IMG/VR virus record: IMGVR_UViG_3300036778_000052
Coordinates: 1-45,445 of that record
Strand: one strand, 5' to 3'
Source of the DNA: a virus
Taxonomy: Duplodnaviria > Caudoviricetes
DNA length: 45,445 nucleotides
Shown here: positions 43,538 through 45,445 of the stretch, piece after piece
Numbering within the stretch: the first letter of the stretch is position 1
Layout: every line of letters begins with the position of its first letter
Notes under the pieces: generated by a model
Databases searched by the model: none
Seen by the model: the letters and a program-made list of their open reading frames with translations, nothing else
Told to the model about the DNA's origin: nothing
Made by a program: the position numbers and the translations under genes

Positions 43538-44247
43538 CCCCCGAAACGTGCGAGATTGCCACCCCGAAACTGAAGCCGAAGTTTGAGCCGACCTGCAACA
43601 AGTGCGGACGGCGCAAAACGGATCGAGGAAATAGAGGCTGGTTATGGTGTGTTCCATGCCGTCGAGAGGCCGACCGGGTCCGACTGCACCGCCGCCAGCA
43701 AAAACAGCAATTCTGTGCCAAGCACAATCAGTCCAAAGTGTTTCTCGATGCTCGGTGGCGATGCCTGAAATGCGAGGAAGAAAAGCGAGCCAAAGAAGCC
43801 TTAGCCGCCAAGCCAACAACAGCCGATCCACTCTGCAAAAAGTGCCGCGCTCCACGACGATGGGATGGGTTTCAATACCGCTGCCCCGCATGTCGAGCCA
43901 AGGCCGACCAGTTGCGCAGCAGGGGCCTAGGACCACGGCGAGAAAAACCCAACCTGTTGGCGCTCGCGCCTGACGGCAGACTCATGCATCCCAAGAAACC
44001 AAAACCACCCTGGCGCCCATCGTGGGCAAACACCAAAACGTGGGAATCAGAAAAAGTACAGCTCAAGGACATCTTGTGGTGTGTGCAAACCCACGGCGTA
44101 CACAGACTGAGGAAACCAAAACCTGCTCAACGGAAATCAGCGCCCGCCGTGCAGGCTGGACCGATCCTGGCGTGTGCCGGGGCGGATAACAACAACGAGC
44201 TGACGGGAGGGCCTGTAGTTAGGTCTGACCAAAAGCAAGCTGGTTAG
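43534..44247 (+). CDS. Zn-ribbon repeat protein
   Basis: Homolog of 2127-2915; C-terminal half nearly identical. Confidence 0.75.
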   Translation: MTPETCEIATPKLKPKFEPTCNKCGRRKTDRGNRGWLWCVPCRREADRVRLHRRQQKQQFCAKHNQSKVFLDARWRCLKCEEEKRAKEALAAKPTTADPLCKKCRAPRRWDGFQYRCPACRAKADQLRSRGLGPRREKPNLLALAPDGRLMHPKKPKPPWRPSWANTKTWESEKVQLKDILWCVQTHGVHRLRKPKPAQRKSAPAVQAGPILACAGADNNNELTGGPVVRSDQKQAG

Positions 44248-44339
44248 GCGGACTAGACAGGTTTGTGTGTGGTGATTCGGGCCGCGCCGCGGTGGCCCTC
44301 TAACACGATCCGCGGCGCGGTTTTAAAGGGAGAGACAGC

Positions 44340-44621
44340 ATGAGAATCGACGAACTGCCAGACACCTTCTATGAGTGCGACAACTGCGGGCAAATCTATG
44401 AGGATGACGAGCAAGCTAAGGATTGCTGCCCGAATCAGGTAAACGCGATTCCAGCCGAACACATCGTGGCGTGCTGGAAGTGCAAAGGCGAAGGGGATGT
44501 TCCGCTGGGGCCACCACACCCCGCATACAAAACAAAGACGTGCCCTTTGTGTCATGGCGTGCCGTTCAAATTTAAGAGACACGATGAAGCACCGGCTTAC
44601 CCCGGTAAACAGCCTGCTTAG
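44340..44621 (+). CDS. Zn-finger protein (CxxC, DnaJ-like CxxCxG)
   Basis: CDNCG...CC, CWKCKGEG, CPLCHG; GGGAG RBS. Confidence 0.7.
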   Translation: MRIDELPDTFYECDNCGQIYEDDEQAKDCCPNQVNAIPAEHIVACWKCKGEGDVPLGPPHPAYKTKTCPLCHGVPFKFKRHDEAPAYPGKQPA

Positions 44622-44740
44622 TTGTGATCGGCTAGGCAGGTGCCAAAGCAGCGGTTCATCAGTGCCGCTGTGGACCATCGCCCCTTCCCGGCTATTTGAG
44701 CGAACGGGCCGGGAAGGGGATTTACTCGAAAGGGCAACAA

Positions 44741-44953
44741 ATGAGCGACGACGAAGTTTTTGATGAGTTGATTCAAATGTCTCTAAGGCTAGAGGGGACA
44801 CATAACTTGGCAGCTTCTGTTCTCTCTGCCGTAGCCGCTTCGGTGGTTCATCCAGACAGAGGAAAAATGAAAGAGCTAGCCACGATTGTCGCTGGATTCA
44901 CGGCCAGGGAAATTCGCAGTTTAGAACAACACATGAATCGTGGGAACAACTGA
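44741..44953 (+). CDS. Hypothetical protein (absent from copy A)
   Basis: MSDDEVFDELIQ; helical. Confidence 0.55.
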   Translation: MSDDEVFDELIQMSLRLEGTHNLAASVLSAVAASVVHPDRGKMKELATIVAGFTAREIRSLEQHMNRGNN

Positions 44954-44954
44954 A

Positions 44955-45323
44955 ATGGCCGCGACGGATCGCAGAAAGCAAGTCTTGGTGATCGAGCGGT
45001 GGCAGCCGAGCCCCCTGAACAAACTGCTGAAACACTGGCGCACCGCTCAGCGACTGAAGACCGTAGACCGCAACATGGTCAACGGCTACTGCCGCCTCAA
45101 TCGCTTCCGCCCGGCCGTCGGCCCGCGCGAGGTCAACCTCTGTATCGTACTTGGCCCGAAACAGCGTGCGTGTGATCCAGACGCATACTGGAAATCAACC
45201 CTTGACGCCCTGGTGAAAGCCGGAATGCTAATCGACGACAACCGCCAGTATTGCCGCATCAACCCTGTCACCTTCGAGAGAGGCCCGCAACGTGAAACCC
45301 GAATCGAGCTTATCGATATCTGA
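44955..45323 (+). CDS. rusA: RusA-family Holliday junction resolvase
   Basis: PSPLN...DPDAYWKSTLDALVKAGMLIDDN motif. Confidence 0.8.
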   Translation: MAATDRRKQVLVIERWQPSPLNKLLKHWRTAQRLKTVDRNMVNGYCRLNRFRPAVGPREVNLCIVLGPKQRACDPDAYWKSTLDALVKAGMLIDDNRQYCRINPVTFERGPQRETRIELIDI

Positions 45324-45324
45324 T

Positions 45325-45445
45325 ATGCAAGTGCGTGTAACCACATGCCTGCGTAAGTGCCTTCCCAAAGCAAGGCATGGCCCCAACAAGTTCGCCGAAG
45401 ACGCATGGTGGCATGTTTACCAAGCATTACTCAACGCACACGAAG
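45325..45445 (+). CDS. Hypothetical protein, 3'-truncated (homolog of 3566-3754)
   Basis: CLRKC...AWWHVYQALLNAHE. Confidence 0.65.
   Translation, partial: MQVRVTTCLRKCLPKARHGPNKFAEDAWWHVYQALLNAHE

Larger units (their letters stand above)
1..45445. mobile_element. Temperate tailed phage or prophage, about one genome unit (41.4 kb) plus a diverged partial second copy
   Basis: Integrase, excisionase, terminase, portal, capsid, tail tube, tape measure and replication genes in phage-like order. No host housekeeping genes were seen. Confidence 0.95.
41409..45445 (+). repeat. Copy B of the diverged direct repeat
   Basis: See copy A; same gene order with swapped modules. Confidence 0.95.

Noticed and set aside
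1-45445. Diversity-generating retroelement as the cause of the diverged repeat
   Set aside because: No reverse transcriptase ORF was seen, the differences are not adenine-specific, and whole genes are replaced.
1-45445. Alternative genetic code
   Set aside because: Core genes are intact and tightly coupled under the standard code, and all three stop codons are used.

Overview
The window holds a near-complete temperate tailed phage (Caudoviricetes, siphovirus-like) with a unit length of about 41.4 kb. The host is probably a Planctomycete, inferred from planctomycete-type RRxxPxLExL leader motifs and the integrase N-terminus. Plus strand 1-5903: late-early/accessory genes (T5orf172/GIY-YIG, Zn-ribbon protein, VRR-NUC, XRE HTH, excisionase, PAPS-reductase-like). 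5867-9353: tyrosine integrase, an RHH regulator, a small-gene cassette, an attP-like region and an integrase-arm/endonuclease VII fusion. Minus strand 37390-9354 is one late operon: a membrane/secreted-protein and protease block with no recognisable endolysin, then terminase, portal, scaffold, major capsid, decoration and head-fibre-like genes, a glycoside-hydrolase-like protein, neck, tail tube, a short tape measure and tail tip. 37758-38498 is a divergent RHH-type switch, followed by early genes, SSB and a replication initiator. 41409-45445 is a diverged, mosaic second copy of 1-~3700, so the window is either two related prophages in tandem or an assembly through two phage variants. The best novelty candidates are the protease-based block at the lysis position, the Int-arm/EndoVII fusion beside attP, two mini-proteins with planctomycete export leaders, a neck-protein/zincin fusion with a small partner gene, and an antisense structured RNA. 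All assignments come from motif recognition by eye; no database searches were run.
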